From Candidatus Aminicenantes bacterium (GTDB taxonomy: Bacteria > Acidobacteriota > Aminicenantia > JAMOAD01): a DNA stretch of 63,915 nucleotides. Below the pieces are notes generated by a model, which worked only from the letters and a program-made list of their open reading frames with translations, did not search any database and was not told the DNA's origin. Below, one piece after another: positions 8,649 to 19,123 of this stretch. Where the stretch lies: positions 1 to 63,915 of the forward strand of contig JAMOVU010000009.1 in assembly GCA_027067555.1 (NCBI GenBank), given 5' to 3'. A program made the translations under genes and the position numbers. How positions within the stretch are numbered: position 1 is the stretch's first letter; each line of letters starts with the position of its first letter.

Positions 8649-9847
8649 AAAAAATTGTTTTAGGTGTGAGTGCCTCTATCTCTGCATACAAAGCGGTGGA
8701 GATTGTGAGACTTTTGAAAAAAAAGGGGGTATGGGTTAAAGTTCTGATGACAAAGGATGCCACAAGATTTGTATCTCCCCTAACTTTTGAGGTTGTTTCA
8801 GAGGAAAAAGTAATAGTTGACCAATTTGAGGATGCTAATAACAGAGAAGTGGAACATATAAAACTTGCAAGGGAGGCGGACCTTTTTCTAATAGCGCCGG
8901 CTTCTCTTGATTTGATAGGAAAACTATCTACAGGTATAGCTGATTCTTTTCTTTCTCTGTTTTTCTTTGCTTTTGAGAAAAAAGTTTTGATTGCCCCTGC
9001 TATGAATAGTTCAATGTTTAAGCATCCGGTTAACCAGAGGAACATTGAGTCTTTAAAGGAAATCGGAGTGGAGTTTTTGGAGCCTGATAGTGGTTCTCTT
9101 GCCTGCGGGGAAGAAGGAATCGGGAGGCTTCCTGAGCCGGAGTTTATTGTTGAGAGGGTGATTTTTGAGACAGAAGAAAAGTTTTTTTCAGGAAAAAAAA
9201 TCATAGTGACGGGTGGCCCAACGAGGGAAAAACTTGATGATTTTAGATTTATAAGCAACCCGTCCTCTGGTAAAACCGGTTATTACCTCGCAAAAAAAGC
9301 AAGGGATTTTGGAGGAGAGGTTCTTTTTATATCGGGAAAAACTTGTTTTAATAGTTTGTGGGGAGTGAATTATGTTGAGATAGAGTCTGCAGAAGAGATG
9401 AAGAGAGAAGTTAAAAAAGGTATCTCAAATGCTGATATTTTAATTATGAGTGCAGCTGTTGCGGACTTTAAGCCTTCTGAATACAGGAGAGGAAAGATAA
9501 AAAAGGATGAGGTTTCTTCTTCTATGGAGATAAAACTTGAAAGAACACCTGATATTCTTAAGGAGATTTCCGGGGATAAAAAGAAAGGTCAAATTTTTGT
9601 TGGTTTTTCTGCTCAGGACAATAAAAAAGTGGAAGAGGCTGAGAGAAAACTTAAGGAGAAAAAACTTGATTTGATTGTTTTAAACAATATTATGGAAAAG
9701 AGAGGGGGCTTTGAGTCAGAAGAGAATAGAGTTATTTTAATTTTTAATGACGGAGAAGTAAGAAAAACGGATTTTATATTGAAAGAGGAGTTAGCAGAGA
9801 TAATTTTAAGAGCGATTTATGAAAAATGGATAAAAGGGATAAAATAG
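8645..9847 (+). CDS. coaBC: Bifunctional phosphopantothenoylcysteine decarboxylase/synthetase
   Basis: SISAYKA, HIKLA, PAMN, LACGEEGIGRL, TGGPTRE, RFISNPSSGKTG, AAVADF. Confidence 0.97.
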   Translation: MKKIVLGVSASISAYKAVEIVRLLKKKGVWVKVLMTKDATRFVSPLTFEVVSEEKVIVDQFEDANNREVEHIKLAREADLFLIAPASLDLIGKLSTGIADSFLSLFFFAFEKKVLIAPAMNSSMFKHPVNQRNIESLKEIGVEFLEPDSGSLACGEEGIGRLPEPEFIVERVIFETEEKFFSGKKIIVTGGPTREKLDDFRFISNPSSGKTGYYLAKKARDFGGEVLFISGKTCFNSLWGVNYVEIESAEEMKREVKKGISNADILIMSAAVADFKPSEYRRGKIKKDEVSSSMEIKLERTPDILKEISGDKKKGQIFVGFSAQDNKKVEEAERKLKEKKLDLIVLNNIMEKRGGFESEENRVILIFNDGEVRKTDFILKEELAEIILRAIYEKWIKGIK

Positions 9848-10569
9848 AGAAGTTTTTTTTTCTTAAAGAGATAGGGGTGAATATGCTTTCTCCGGAAGAG
9901 GCTGAGAAAATGAGAAGGGTTCTTCTTATAAAACCTCCTTCGGAAAGATTCAAAAAGGAAGAGGAAAATAAACAAAAAGAAGTTCTTTCATCCGGTCTTT
10001 CTTTAAAGGAAAAATTTTTGTCAGAAATAGAAAAAGAGATTGCTCAGTGCAAAAAATGCCCTCTTTTTAGCACGAGAAAAAACTATGTTTTCGGGGAAGG
10101 GAGTATGGATGCTGAAATAATGTTTATCGGGGAAGCTCCCGGCGAAGAGGAGGATAATCAGGGAAGGCCATTTGTGGGAAAGGCCGGAAAAAAGCTCACA
10201 GAGATGATAAAGGCTATGGGGTTTGAAAGAGAGGATGTTTTTATTGCAAACATAGTTAAATGTAGACCTCCCGGAAATGCTACTCCTACACCTCAAATCA
10301 GAAGAACATGCTTTCCATATCTTCAGAAGCAAATAGCTATTATTAAACCAAAAGTTTTAATTGCTTTGGGGAATGTTGCTGCTCAGACACTTCTTGATAC
10401 AAAAGAAACAATTACAAGGCTCAGAGGAAAATTCGGAAAATATCAGGGAATCCCCGTAATGCCAACTTATCATCCCTCCTATGTAATAAGAAATTATACT
10501 GTTGCAGTTAGAAAAGCTGTCTGGGAAGATTTGAAAAAAGTTTTGGCTCTTCTTAATGAAAATCGCTGA
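9826..10569 (+). CDS. Uracil-DNA glycosylase family 4 (Fe-S)
   Basis: CKKCPL, GEAPGEEED, PFVG, KCRPPGN, YHPSY. Confidence 0.93.
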   Translation: MDKRDKIEKFFFLKEIGVNMLSPEEAEKMRRVLLIKPPSERFKKEEENKQKEVLSSGLSLKEKFLSEIEKEIAQCKKCPLFSTRKNYVFGEGSMDAEIMFIGEAPGEEEDNQGRPFVGKAGKKLTEMIKAMGFEREDVFIANIVKCRPPGNATPTPQIRRTCFPYLQKQIAIIKPKVLIALGNVAAQTLLDTKETITRLRGKFGKYQGIPVMPTYHPSYVIRNYTVAVRKAVWEDLKKVLALLNENR

Positions 10570-12364
10570 AGTCTTTGTAAATCTTCCTGTTTACAAAAGT
10601 TTTTCCTACCTTATAGAGGATGAGCAAGCTGAGGAAATTCTTTATAAAAGAGTTAAGGTCCCCTTCGGAAAGAGAATTTTGAATGGTTTTGTCTTCAATA
10701 TCAAGGATTATGAAGAGAGTAAAATAAAGTATAAGAGAATATCAACTGTTTCTGATGAACAAAGTTTTATTAGCAGAAAGGATGTTGCTTTTTTAAGTGC
10801 TCTTTCGGATTCTCTTTTGCTTCCAAAGGGAAAAGTCTTTTTTCTTTCTTTTCCCCCTTTCCATGGAACAGAAGAAAAATTTTCTTTATATGAGGAGGAA
10901 GAAAAGGGAGAACTCTTTTTAAGAATTGGTGCCTTTGGTTTTCAAAATATCTTTCAGGAGATAAGCAAAGATATTAAAAAGGGAAAGGATCCTTTCTTGG
11001 TTTTTTCCGATTACTCTGTTCAGGATTATTTTTTAAAGGAGTTTTCCAAAAAAAGTGATTATAAGATTTTAAATTTCAGCAATTCCTCAAGATTAAAGAA
11101 AACATGGAGAGAGTTCCTGGAGGGAAAGGGAGATATTCTTTCTGGTATCCTCTATCCCTTTTTTCTTCCGAGAAGAAAGCCAACGATTTTTTATCTGATA
11201 GACGAAGGTCCTCAAAAATTTTACCTGACATACCCTTTTAGAATTGATTTGAGAGAAGTTGCTCTGTTTTCGTATAAGAGAGGGAGAGGAGATTTGAAAA
11301 TATTTTCATTTTCTCCTTCTTTAAGAATGTTTGATTTTGCAGAAAATTCAAAGGGTAAAATTGTTTATGAAAGAACAGAAAAAAAGAATGTTTTTCTTGC
11401 TCAGGTTAAAAGAAATGTTTTTAGCAAAGAGCTAAAAGAAAAAACAGAGGAGAAACTCTCAAAAGGGAAGATTCTTTTCTTTATCAATAGAAATGCAAGA
11501 AAAAAGTTTCTTTTTTGTCCTAAGTGCAAAACACTTGCTACCTGCGAAAAGGATGGGGCTGTTCTTCATCTTGATGAAGAGGGAAAAGCCTTTTGTCCCC
11601 TTTGTAAGCAGAAGTATGAGCTTCCTCTGAAGTGCCATATTTGCGGGACAGAGCTTATTAAAATAGGTGGAACGGGAATAAGCACCCTCGAAAAAAGTGT
11701 AAAAAAAGCTTTTCCGGGTATAAATTTATTAAAATTTTCAAGGGAAGCAGTAAAAAAAAGCAAAAAGGAAACAGAGTTAATAATGTCTTTTTTGAAAGGA
11801 GATTTTTCTCTCTTGATAGGTACGGAGGTTATTTTAAAACCCTTTCTTCTGAAAGATTTGTCTCTCGTTTTCTATTTCTTTCCAGAGCTCGATTTAAAAG
11901 ATGAAAATCCGGAGATTTCAGAGAAGATTTTTTACAATCTTACGGTTTTGTCTCAAATGGTAAGTGAGAAAGGTGAGCTAATTATAAAAAGTAAAAACCC
12001 GGATTTTTATGTGATAGAGGAGTTTTTAAGAGGGAATTATAAAAGTTTTGTGAAAAAGGAAAAAGAGATAAGAGAAAAGTTAAAGTACTTTCCTTTCTAC
12101 GATATGATAGTAATAAAAAATTTTTCACGAACAAAAGTTACAGCACTGAAAAAAGTTAGAAAATTTAGGGATATACTTGAGGATGTAAGGGAAAAAGAAG
12201 AAAAGCTATTCGGACCTTTTTATAAAAAGGGTGAAAACGGAGGACATATTTTTTATCTGATTTTCAGGGGAAAGAGCAGCTCTTCTCTAAAGAGGAAAAT
12301 AAAGAAACATATTTTTCCAATTTCAGACTCATCCACCTCTTTTTTGATAAATAGGTTTATTTGA
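10556..12364 (+). CDS. priA: Primosomal protein N' (PriA)-like protein with degenerate helicase motifs
   Basis: N-terminal FSY...RVKVPFGKR..GFV, FINR, Cys-rich region CPKC/CEKD/CPLC/CHIC, C-terminal YFPF; usual position after coaBC. No Walker A, DEAH or motif VI recognisable. Confidence 0.8.
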   Translation: MKIAEVFVNLPVYKSFSYLIEDEQAEEILYKRVKVPFGKRILNGFVFNIKDYEESKIKYKRISTVSDEQSFISRKDVAFLSALSDSLLLPKGKVFFLSFPPFHGTEEKFSLYEEEEKGELFLRIGAFGFQNIFQEISKDIKKGKDPFLVFSDYSVQDYFLKEFSKKSDYKILNFSNSSRLKKTWREFLEGKGDILSGILYPFFLPRRKPTIFYLIDEGPQKFYLTYPFRIDLREVALFSYKRGRGDLKIFSFSPSLRMFDFAENSKGKIVYERTEKKNVFLAQVKRNVFSKELKEKTEEKLSKGKILFFINRNARKKFLFCPKCKTLATCEKDGAVLHLDEEGKAFCPLCKQKYELPLKCHICGTELIKIGGTGISTLEKSVKKAFPGINLLKFSREAVKKSKKETELIMSFLKGDFSLLIGTEVILKPFLLKDLSLVFYFFPELDLKDENPEISEKIFYNLTVLSQMVSEKGELIIKSKNPDFYVIEEFLRGNYKSFVKKEKEIREKLKYFPFYDMIVIKNFSRTKVTALKKVRKFRDILEDVREKEEKLFGPFYKKGENGGHIFYLIFRGKSSSSLKRKIKKHIFPISDSSTSFLINRFI

Positions 12365-14780
12365 TTTCTTCCAAAAACTTGTCAATTTTTCTTACGGTAT
12401 CCATAGCATCTTTGCAATAGGCATCAGCGCCTATTTCCCTTGCAAAAGAGGGAGAAACCGCGGCTCCTCCGATGAAAACTTTTGCCTTAAGCTTTTTTTC
12501 CCTTTTTAGATTTACAACAACACCCATTTCTTCCATAGTTGTTGTCATCAAAGCGGAAAGACCTATAAAGTCAGCTTTTTCTTTTTCAGCTGTTTCGATA
12601 ATTTTTTCAGAGGGAACATTTTTTCCAAGGTCAATAACTTCATATCCGTAATTTCTCAGCACTAAAGCCACTATGTTTTTTCCAATATCATGAAGATCCC
12701 CTTTAACAGTGGCAATTACTATTTTTGCCTTTTTATTTGTTTTACCTTCAACTTTTAAATTCTTTTCTATTATTTCCGATGCTGATTCCATAGCTTCAGC
12801 AGACAGGATTAACTGGGGAAGAAAATATATTTTTTGTTCATAGTAGTCTCCGACCTTTTTTAGAGCAGGAGATAAGATTTCTTCAAGAACATCAAGGGGT
12901 GCTCTTCCCTCTTTTATAATCTCCTCTGTAAGTTTTCTTGTTTCCTCTTTTTCCCCTTCTAAAACAGCCTCAAAGAGTCTTTCCTCTTTTGTTTTTTCTT
13001 TTTTTTCTTCCTTTTTCTCAACCTGTATTTCTATTTTTTTGTATGTATTCACATAATTTACGAGCCCCCTATCCCTTCCTGTTATTGCATCTGATGCTTT
13101 AATAATATTAATGATTTCCGGGTCAAGAGGGTTCAGGATAGCAGAATCAAGTCCATTATAGATAGCGTTTGCTAAAAAGGTCCTGTTTAAAATATCTCTT
13201 GCAGGAAGGCCAAAAGAGAAGTTTGAAAGACCGATTACAGTGTTAAGCCCCATTTCCTTTATCATCCTAATGGCTTTTATTGTTTCCTCTCCGTTTTTTT
13301 GAGAAGTAGAAATAGTTAAAACAATAGGGTCCACTAAAAGCTCTTCTCCTGTTAAACCATAATCAAGGGCTATTTTATAGAGTTTTTCTATTATCTTTAC
13401 CCTATCTTCGGCTTTTTCCGGGATTCCCTTTTCATTGAGAGCAAGGAGAATCACGCCGGCTCCATATTCTTTTGCTATGGGAAAGAGCTTTTCATAGGAT
13501 TCGGGATCTCCTGTTATTGAATTTATAAAGGCTTTTCCACTGTAAACTTTTAGCGCCTCTTCTATTGCTTCTTTTTTATTGTTATCAATGAAAAGGGGTA
13601 TTTTTGTTATGCTTTGAATCTGTTTTATGGCTTTTGCATAAAAAAGGGGCCTCTTTTCCCCTGTTCTTCCGAAATTTACATCAAGGGCATGGGCTCCCGC
13701 TTCTTCCTGCTTTCTTGCAAGCTTTCTTACTGTATCAAGTTTTTCCTCTTTTAATTCTTTTAAAAGTTTTTTCTTGCCGAAAGGATTTATATTTTCTCCT
13801 ATTATTTTAAAAGGAAGAAAAGAACCGCTTTCAAATATGGAGTTTCTGCTTGTTGCTATTGTAATTTTTTTGCTATCTTCTTTTATTTTTATGGGAGCTC
13901 TACCCTTATATTTTTTTGCGATTTTTTTTATATGTTCAGGCGTTGTCCCGCAGCATCCCCCTATTATATTTGCTCCATTTTCGTAGAAAACATCAACATA
14001 TTCAATATATTCCTCTGGTGTCATAGGAAATTCAATCTTTCCCTCTATTTTCTCGGGAATACCGGCATTTGCATAAATAATCATCGGTTTTTTCCAGTAA
14101 GCTCTTATTTCCTTTACAAAATTTACAAATTCATTAGGGTGTCCTCCACAATTTACACCGAAAATATCTAAATTTGTGGCATTAAAAGTTGCGGCTGAAA
14201 TGGAGGGAGAGGAGCCTGTTAAGGTAAGGCCACCTTCGAGAGGATAAGAAATTGAGACAGCAACAGGTTTTTTTGTTGCTTTGTTTGCAGCTCTTAGAGC
14301 TATTTTGGCTTCCAAAATATCTATTTGAGTTTCAATTAAGATAAAGTCAACACCACCTTCATCAAGAACCTTTACCTGCTCAAAGTAAACATCAAAAACA
14401 GTTTGCTCATCAAGCTCCCCCAATGGAGAGATTAGTTTTCCCAGGGGACCGACGGAGCCTGCTATGAAGATATTTTTTCCTGTGTCACGAATGGCTCTTT
14501 TAGCCAACTCAACACCTGCAATATTAAGCTCTCTTACCCTGTTTCCCAAACCATATTCTTCCAATTTTAGTCGGTTTCCTCCGAAGGTATTTGTTTCTAT
14601 AATATCTGCTCCCGCTTCTATGTAGCTTTTGTGAATATTGATTATAAGTTCTTTGTTTTCAATATTCATCAGTTCCGGACAACCAAGATTGGAGGAGCCT
14701 ATTTTTTTCATTATCTCTGTTCCCATTGCTCCGTCCAGAATCAAGATTCTTTTGTTTAACTCTTCTAATAAAAACTTCAT
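12357..14780 (-). CDS. metH: B12-dependent methionine synthase (Hcy-binding, pterin-binding, cap and B12-binding domains; no reactivation domain)
   Basis: ILDGAMGT, ETNTFG, GVNC, GGCCGTTPEHI, IIGENINP, GLSNFSFGLP, GDLHDIGKNIV, LSALMTTT. Confidence 0.95.
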   Translation of the reverse strand: MKFLLEELNKRILILDGAMGTEIMKKIGSSNLGCPELMNIENKELIINIHKSYIEAGADIIETNTFGGNRLKLEEYGLGNRVRELNIAGVELAKRAIRDTGKNIFIAGSVGPLGKLISPLGELDEQTVFDVYFEQVKVLDEGGVDFILIETQIDILEAKIALRAANKATKKPVAVSISYPLEGGLTLTGSSPSISAATFNATNLDIFGVNCGGHPNEFVNFVKEIRAYWKKPMIIYANAGIPEKIEGKIEFPMTPEEYIEYVDVFYENGANIIGGCCGTTPEHIKKIAKKYKGRAPIKIKEDSKKITIATSRNSIFESGSFLPFKIIGENINPFGKKKLLKELKEEKLDTVRKLARKQEEAGAHALDVNFGRTGEKRPLFYAKAIKQIQSITKIPLFIDNNKKEAIEEALKVYSGKAFINSITGDPESYEKLFPIAKEYGAGVILLALNEKGIPEKAEDRVKIIEKLYKIALDYGLTGEELLVDPIVLTISTSQKNGEETIKAIRMIKEMGLNTVIGLSNFSFGLPARDILNRTFLANAIYNGLDSAILNPLDPEIINIIKASDAITGRDRGLVNYVNTYKKIEIQVEKKEEKKEKTKEERLFEAVLEGEKEETRKLTEEIIKEGRAPLDVLEEILSPALKKVGDYYEQKIYFLPQLILSAEAMESASEIIEKNLKVEGKTNKKAKIVIATVKGDLHDIGKNIVALVLRNYGYEVIDLGKNVPSEKIIETAEKEKADFIGLSALMTTTMEEMGVVVNLKREKKLKAKVFIGGAAVSPSFAREIGADAYCKDAMDTVRKIDKFLEEIK

Positions 14781-15403
14781 TTTTCAACTCCTATGATGGC
14801 TGTTATTGTTTTTTGGGGTAAAAGAAGGTTTGTAGGAAGTATTTTTATGTCTAAATTTTCAAGAGAAAGCTCTTTGTAAAGCTCTCTCTGAAAGGAAATA
14901 TTTAAATCCCCATATCCGGGACTGAATCTTTTTGTTAGGGTAAATCTATTTTGCCTTGCTTCTATGTCAAGATGATGGTTAAGAGAATTTGCTGCTCCTT
15001 CAACAGCTTCACTTCCCACCGCATCATAGATTAAAGCTTCATTGTACTCCCTCTTTTCATTTAGTTCTGCTATCTTATTATCAATCCACCAGCCAATTGT
15101 TATTCCCATGAAAATGACGGCAAAAGATTCCGAGAGTAGGGAAGAGATATCTTTACTCTCTATCTTTATTTCAGAGTTAAAGAAAGAAATTGTGTTCTTT
15201 TCAATTTTTTCTATTTTTCTTATTATATACAGAGCCTTTGCTGGAGACTTTTGCTGGGTTTGCTCAAGTATTTTTTCAATTTTTTCCGCAAAAATTTTTG
15301 ATACTTTTGTTTTCTCTCTTTTATAACCTAAGATGGATAGAACATCCTTTTTGTTTATTATGTAGCTGATGTTTTCTTTTAAAACAATCTTATCAAATAT
15401 CAT
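14777..15403 (-). CDS. Stand-alone methionine synthase reactivation (AdoMet-binding) domain
   Basis: DAVGSEAVE, RFSPGYGD, LLPQKTITAIIG; overlaps the metH start. Confidence 0.88.
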   Translation of the reverse strand: MIFDKIVLKENISYIINKKDVLSILGYKREKTKVSKIFAEKIEKILEQTQQKSPAKALYIIRKIEKIEKNTISFFNSEIKIESKDISSLLSESFAVIFMGITIGWWIDNKIAELNEKREYNEALIYDAVGSEAVEGAANSLNHHLDIEARQNRFTLTKRFSPGYGDLNISFQRELYKELSLENLDIKILPTNLLLPQKTITAIIGVEK

Positions 15404-15493
15404 CTTACTTTCCCAGAAGATTATACTATTGGATGAAAAAAAATGAAAGATGTATAGAAAACCTTATTTTTGTAGGGTTTTCAAAGATAAAGA

Positions 15494-15522
15494 TTGACAA
15501 AAGCTAACTAATTTGCTATTTT
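15494..15522 (+). promoter_or_regulatory. sigma70-type promoter of the hrcA-dnaK operon
   Basis: TTGACA (15494-15499), 17 bp, TATTTT (15517-15522) preceded by TG; ATG follows 9 nt later. Confidence 0.7.
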
Positions 15523-15531
15523 AAAAGAGAG

Positions 15532-16548
15532 ATGTGGTTAACAAAGAGAGAGAAAGAAATCCTAAGGATTGTTATTGAACTTTATATGGAGAAGGGAACC
15601 CCTGTCTCTTCCCGTATGGTTTCAAAAAAAAAGAGGGATTTTTTTAGTCCTGCGACAATAAGAAATGATATGCTTTCTTTGGAAGAAAAGGGTTATCTTT
15701 ATCAACCGCATTCTCAATCAGGGCGAATTCCAACAACAAAAGCTATTAACTATTATTTAAAAAATTTAATTGATGAATCAAAGATAGAGATACCAGAGCT
15801 TAATTTCAGAGACCTTTCTGGAGAATTTACCGATCTGACAAATTTCTGGAAAGCTGTTTCCCAGAACCTTTCATCTTTTTCTGAGAACATCGGTTTTATT
15901 GTTGCCCCTTCTTTCTTTTCTCTCTCTTTTACGAATGTAAAGTTTTTAAAAATAGGCAAAGGTAAGATTATAATCATAATAGAAACTCCGGGAGGTTTGG
16001 TAGCTACAAGAGTTGTTAAAGTTAAGGAGGAGCTTTTACAGAGAGATCTTGATGAGTTTTCTGTTTATATAAATACCCATTACAGGGGAAAAAGCCTGGA
16101 TTATGTTTTAAAAGATGTTTATATTAATGCGAAGAGGGAGCAGAAAAAGCTTTTGCTATTTATCTCTGTTTTAAAATCTTATGTGACAAACAGAGACTCA
16201 AAGTTTGAGTTTTATTTTGATGGTGAAGAGAAGATGTTAGAGAAGACCATAGATGATGATGTTAAAAGAATAAAAGAGCTCGTTCAGATTCTTGAGAACA
16301 GAGATAAGTTAATAAAACTTTTAAGCGAGGCAAAAAACCAGGAGGATGTGAGTGTTTTCTTCTCTCCTCTTATAGGGGAAGAAACATACGAAGATTTTAG
16401 TCTTTTTGTTTCGGATTATCAGTGTGGAGATGAGATGGAAGGTAAAGTTGGGATTTTGGGGTTTAGGAGGCTAAATTATCCCATTGTTTACAATCTTGTT
16501 AAAAAGACAGCAAAAAGTCTGTCAGGTATATTGGGAGAAAATTTATAG
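15532..16548 (+). CDS. hrcA: Heat-inducible transcription repressor HrcA
   Basis: LTKREKEIL, PVSS, SPATIRNDM..LE..GYLYQPHSQSGRIPT, GILGFRRLNY. Confidence 0.95.
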   Translation: MWLTKREKEILRIVIELYMEKGTPVSSRMVSKKKRDFFSPATIRNDMLSLEEKGYLYQPHSQSGRIPTTKAINYYLKNLIDESKIEIPELNFRDLSGEFTDLTNFWKAVSQNLSSFSENIGFIVAPSFFSLSFTNVKFLKIGKGKIIIIIETPGGLVATRVVKVKEELLQRDLDEFSVYINTHYRGKSLDYVLKDVYINAKREQKKLLLFISVLKSYVTNRDSKFEFYFDGEEKMLEKTIDDDVKRIKELVQILENRDKLIKLLSEAKNQEDVSVFFSPLIGEETYEDFSLFVSDYQCGDEMEGKVGILGFRRLNYPIVYNLVKKTAKSLSGILGENL

Positions 16549-16559
16549 GAGAGGGAAGA

Positions 16560-17219
16560 ATGAGTGAAGACAAAAAAAAGGTAAATGATAATGCAGTTAG
16601 CGTGGAGATTTCAGAAGAGGGCAAAGAGAAAGCCCATTTTGAAAAAAAGAATGGAGAGCATAAAAAGGAGGATTCTGAAAAAAAGAAGAAGAGAGAAAAA
16701 GCTAAGAAACTTCTTTTGGAGTTGGAAAAGTATAAAAGGGAGAATAAAGAGCTGAATGAGAGACTTCTGAGAAGGTTGGCGGATTTTGAAAATTACAAGA
16801 AAAGAGTTCAGCAGGAAAAGGAGCAGTACCTTAAAGAGAAGATGGGGGTTTTTATTTTAGATCTTTTAACTGTTGTTGATAATTTTGAAAGGGCGATTCA
16901 ACATTTGACAGAAGAGGAAAAGAAAACGCCTCTTGCCCAGGGGATTCAACTCACTTACAAACAATTAAAGGATCTTTTAAATAAATATGAAGTTTATGAA
17001 ATAGATACCTCAGATGGGGTTTTTAATCCTCACTTTCATCAGCCTTTGGATAAGGAAGAAGTGGATGAAGAATTAGAACAGCCTATGATTTCACAAGTAT
17101 ATCAAAAGGGATACCTTTTCAAGGGAAATGTCTTGAGACCTGCTCTTGTAAAGGTTAAGGTGAAAAGAGAGGAGGAAAAAGAAAACAATGAGGAGGTGGG
17201 GAATGAAGAGAAAGATTAA
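16560..17219 (+). CDS. grpE: Nucleotide exchange factor GrpE
   Basis: RRLADFENYKKR, VDNFERA, FNPHFH, QKGY...LRPALVKV. Confidence 0.96.
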   Translation: MSEDKKKVNDNAVSVEISEEGKEKAHFEKKNGEHKKEDSEKKKKREKAKKLLLELEKYKRENKELNERLLRRLADFENYKKRVQQEKEQYLKEKMGVFILDLLTVVDNFERAIQHLTEEEKKTPLAQGIQLTYKQLKDLLNKYEVYEIDTSDGVFNPHFHQPLDKEEVDEELEQPMISQVYQKGYLFKGNVLRPALVKVKVKREEEKENNEEVGNEEKD

Positions 17220-17230
17220 AGGGGGTAAAG

Positions 17231-19123
17231 ATGGGAAAAACCATAGGAATTGACTTAGGCACAACGAATTCTTGCGTTGCTTATATGGAAGGAGCTGAGT
17301 CTAAGATAGTTCCATCTTCTGAAGGAAGCAGAACAGTTCCCTCTGTTGTCGGTTTTTCTTCAGACGACACTAAAATAGTAGGAAATATTGCTAAGAGACA
17401 AATTCTCACAAATCCAAAGAGAAGCTTTTATTCAATAAAGAGATTAATAGGAAGAAAGTATGACTCAAAGGTCGTCCAGGAGCTCAAGAAAAGAGTGACT
17501 TATGAGATAATTCCCGCTGAAAATGGTGATGTTAGATTAAAAATGGGTGATAAAATACTGAGTCCGCAGGAAATTTCAGCATATATCCTAATGTATCTCA
17601 GGGATAATGCAGAAGAGTTTTTAGGAGAGGAAATAAACAAAGCAATAATCACTGTTCCTGCAAACTTTGATGATTCTCAAAGACAGGCAACAAAGGATGC
17701 AGCAACTATTGCGGGCATAGAGGTTTTGAGAATAATAAATGAGCCTACAGCAGCATGTCTTGCATACGGTTTTCACAAGAAGAGGGAGGGAAAGTTTTTT
17801 ATATATGACCTTGGAGGTGGAACCTTTGATGTTTCAATTTTGGAGATAAATGAAGGTGTTTTCAGAGTTTTGTCAACAAGGGGAGATTCCTTTTTAGGTG
17901 GGGATGATTTTGATAGAAGAATTGTTGATTGGATTCTGGATGAGTTTAAAAGGGAAAATGGGGTTGATATTTCCAATGACCCCTTTGTTTTTCAGAGAGT
18001 TTTGGAAGTCTCTGAGAAAGCAAAAATGGAATTATCCTATGCAACTGAGACAGAGATAAACCTTCCATATGTTTATATTGATGACAGTGGACCAAAACAC
18101 ATAATAAAAACTCTCACGAGAAAAAAATTAGAAGAACTGACGGAGGACCTTGTTGATAGAACCATACCATATATGAAAGAGGCCTTGAGCAAAGCGAATC
18201 TTACAATAAATGATGTAGATGATATTATTTTAGTGGGGGGACAGACAAGAATGCCTCTTGTTAAAAGAAAAATAGAGGAATTTTTCGGAAAGGCACCGAG
18301 AGCTGATATAAATCCGGATGAAGTTGTTGCAATGGGAGCGGCTGTCCAGAGTGCAATTTTAGCAGGGGAAATTAAGGATATAGTTCTTCTTGATGTTACG
18401 CCCTTATCTCTCGGCATTGAAACAAAAGGAGATGTTTTTACAAGGATTATCCCTATGAACACAACAATTCCTGTGAAAAAGCAGAAAATATTTACAACGG
18501 TTACAGATAACCAGTCGGTAGTTAAAATTCATGTTTTACAGGGGGAGAGAGAGATTGCATCTGAAAACAGATCTTTGGGATGGTTTGAATTGGTAGATAT
18601 CCCTCCTGCACCTAAAGGTGTTCCTCAAATAGTTGTTACCTTTGAAATTAATGCTGATGGTATAGTTCAGGTTTCCGCAAAGGACAAAGCTTCGGGGTTT
18701 GAACAGAAAATAAAGATTAATCCATCGTCAGGGCTATCCCCTGAGGAAATTAAGAGAATGAAGGAAGAGGCAGAAAAGTATAAAGAAAAAGATATGCTGA
18801 AAAAATTGTTGAATAAAGAGAAAAATGCGCTTGCGTCTATTGTAGAAGCAATCTCTCACTCATATAATAATCTTAAGGATAGAATGAAAAATGAGCACAG
18901 GGTAGAAATAGAGGGGTTTATAAATAGAGCAAAAACAGCTCTTGAAGGAGAAGATTTAAAAACTTTAGAGAAGGTGAGAGAGGAAGGAGAATATTTTCAG
19001 GATAAGATTTATGATATAATAAATGAAATTTATAATAAAGGCATTTTAGGAAATATTGGTTCTGAGGTGAAAAAGGAGGAAGAAGACAAAAGTAAGGAAG
19101 TAGAAGAAAAAGATGAGAAATAA
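17231..19123 (+). CDS. dnaK: Chaperone DnaK (Hsp70)
   Basis: [59 protein letters not shown]. Confidence 0.97.
   Translation: MGKTIGIDLGTTNSCVAYMEGAESKIVPSSEGSRTVPSVVGFSSDDTKIVGNIAKRQILTNPKRSFYSIKRLIGRKYDSKVVQELKKRVTYEIIPAENGDVRLKMGDKILSPQEISAYILMYLRDNAEEFLGEEINKAIITVPANFDDSQRQATKDAATIAGIEVLRIINEPTAACLAYGFHKKREGKFFIYDLGGGTFDVSILEINEGVFRVLSTRGDSFLGGDDFDRRIVDWILDEFKRENGVDISNDPFVFQRVLEVSEKAKMELSYATETEINLPYVYIDDSGPKHIIKTLTRKKLEELTEDLVDRTIPYMKEALSKANLTINDVDDIILVGGQTRMPLVKRKIEEFFGKAPRADINPDEVVAMGAAVQSAILAGEIKDIVLLDVTPLSLGIETKGDVFTRIIPMNTTIPVKKQKIFTTVTDNQSVVKIHVLQGEREIASENRSLGWFELVDIPPAPKGVPQIVVTFEINADGIVQVSAKDKASGFEQKIKINPSSGLSPEEIKRMKEEAEKYKEKDMLKKLLNKEKNALASIVEAISHSYNNLKDRMKNEHRVEIEGFINRAKTALEGEDLKTLEKVREEGEYFQDKIYDIINEIYNKGILGNIGSEVKKEEEDKSKEVEEKDEK

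Noticed and set aside
15404-15493. SAM or cobalamin riboswitch upstream of the metH unit
   Set aside because: A TATAAT lies only 16 nt upstream of the start codon (15425-15420 on minus), leaving no room, and no conserved riboswitch motifs are visible.
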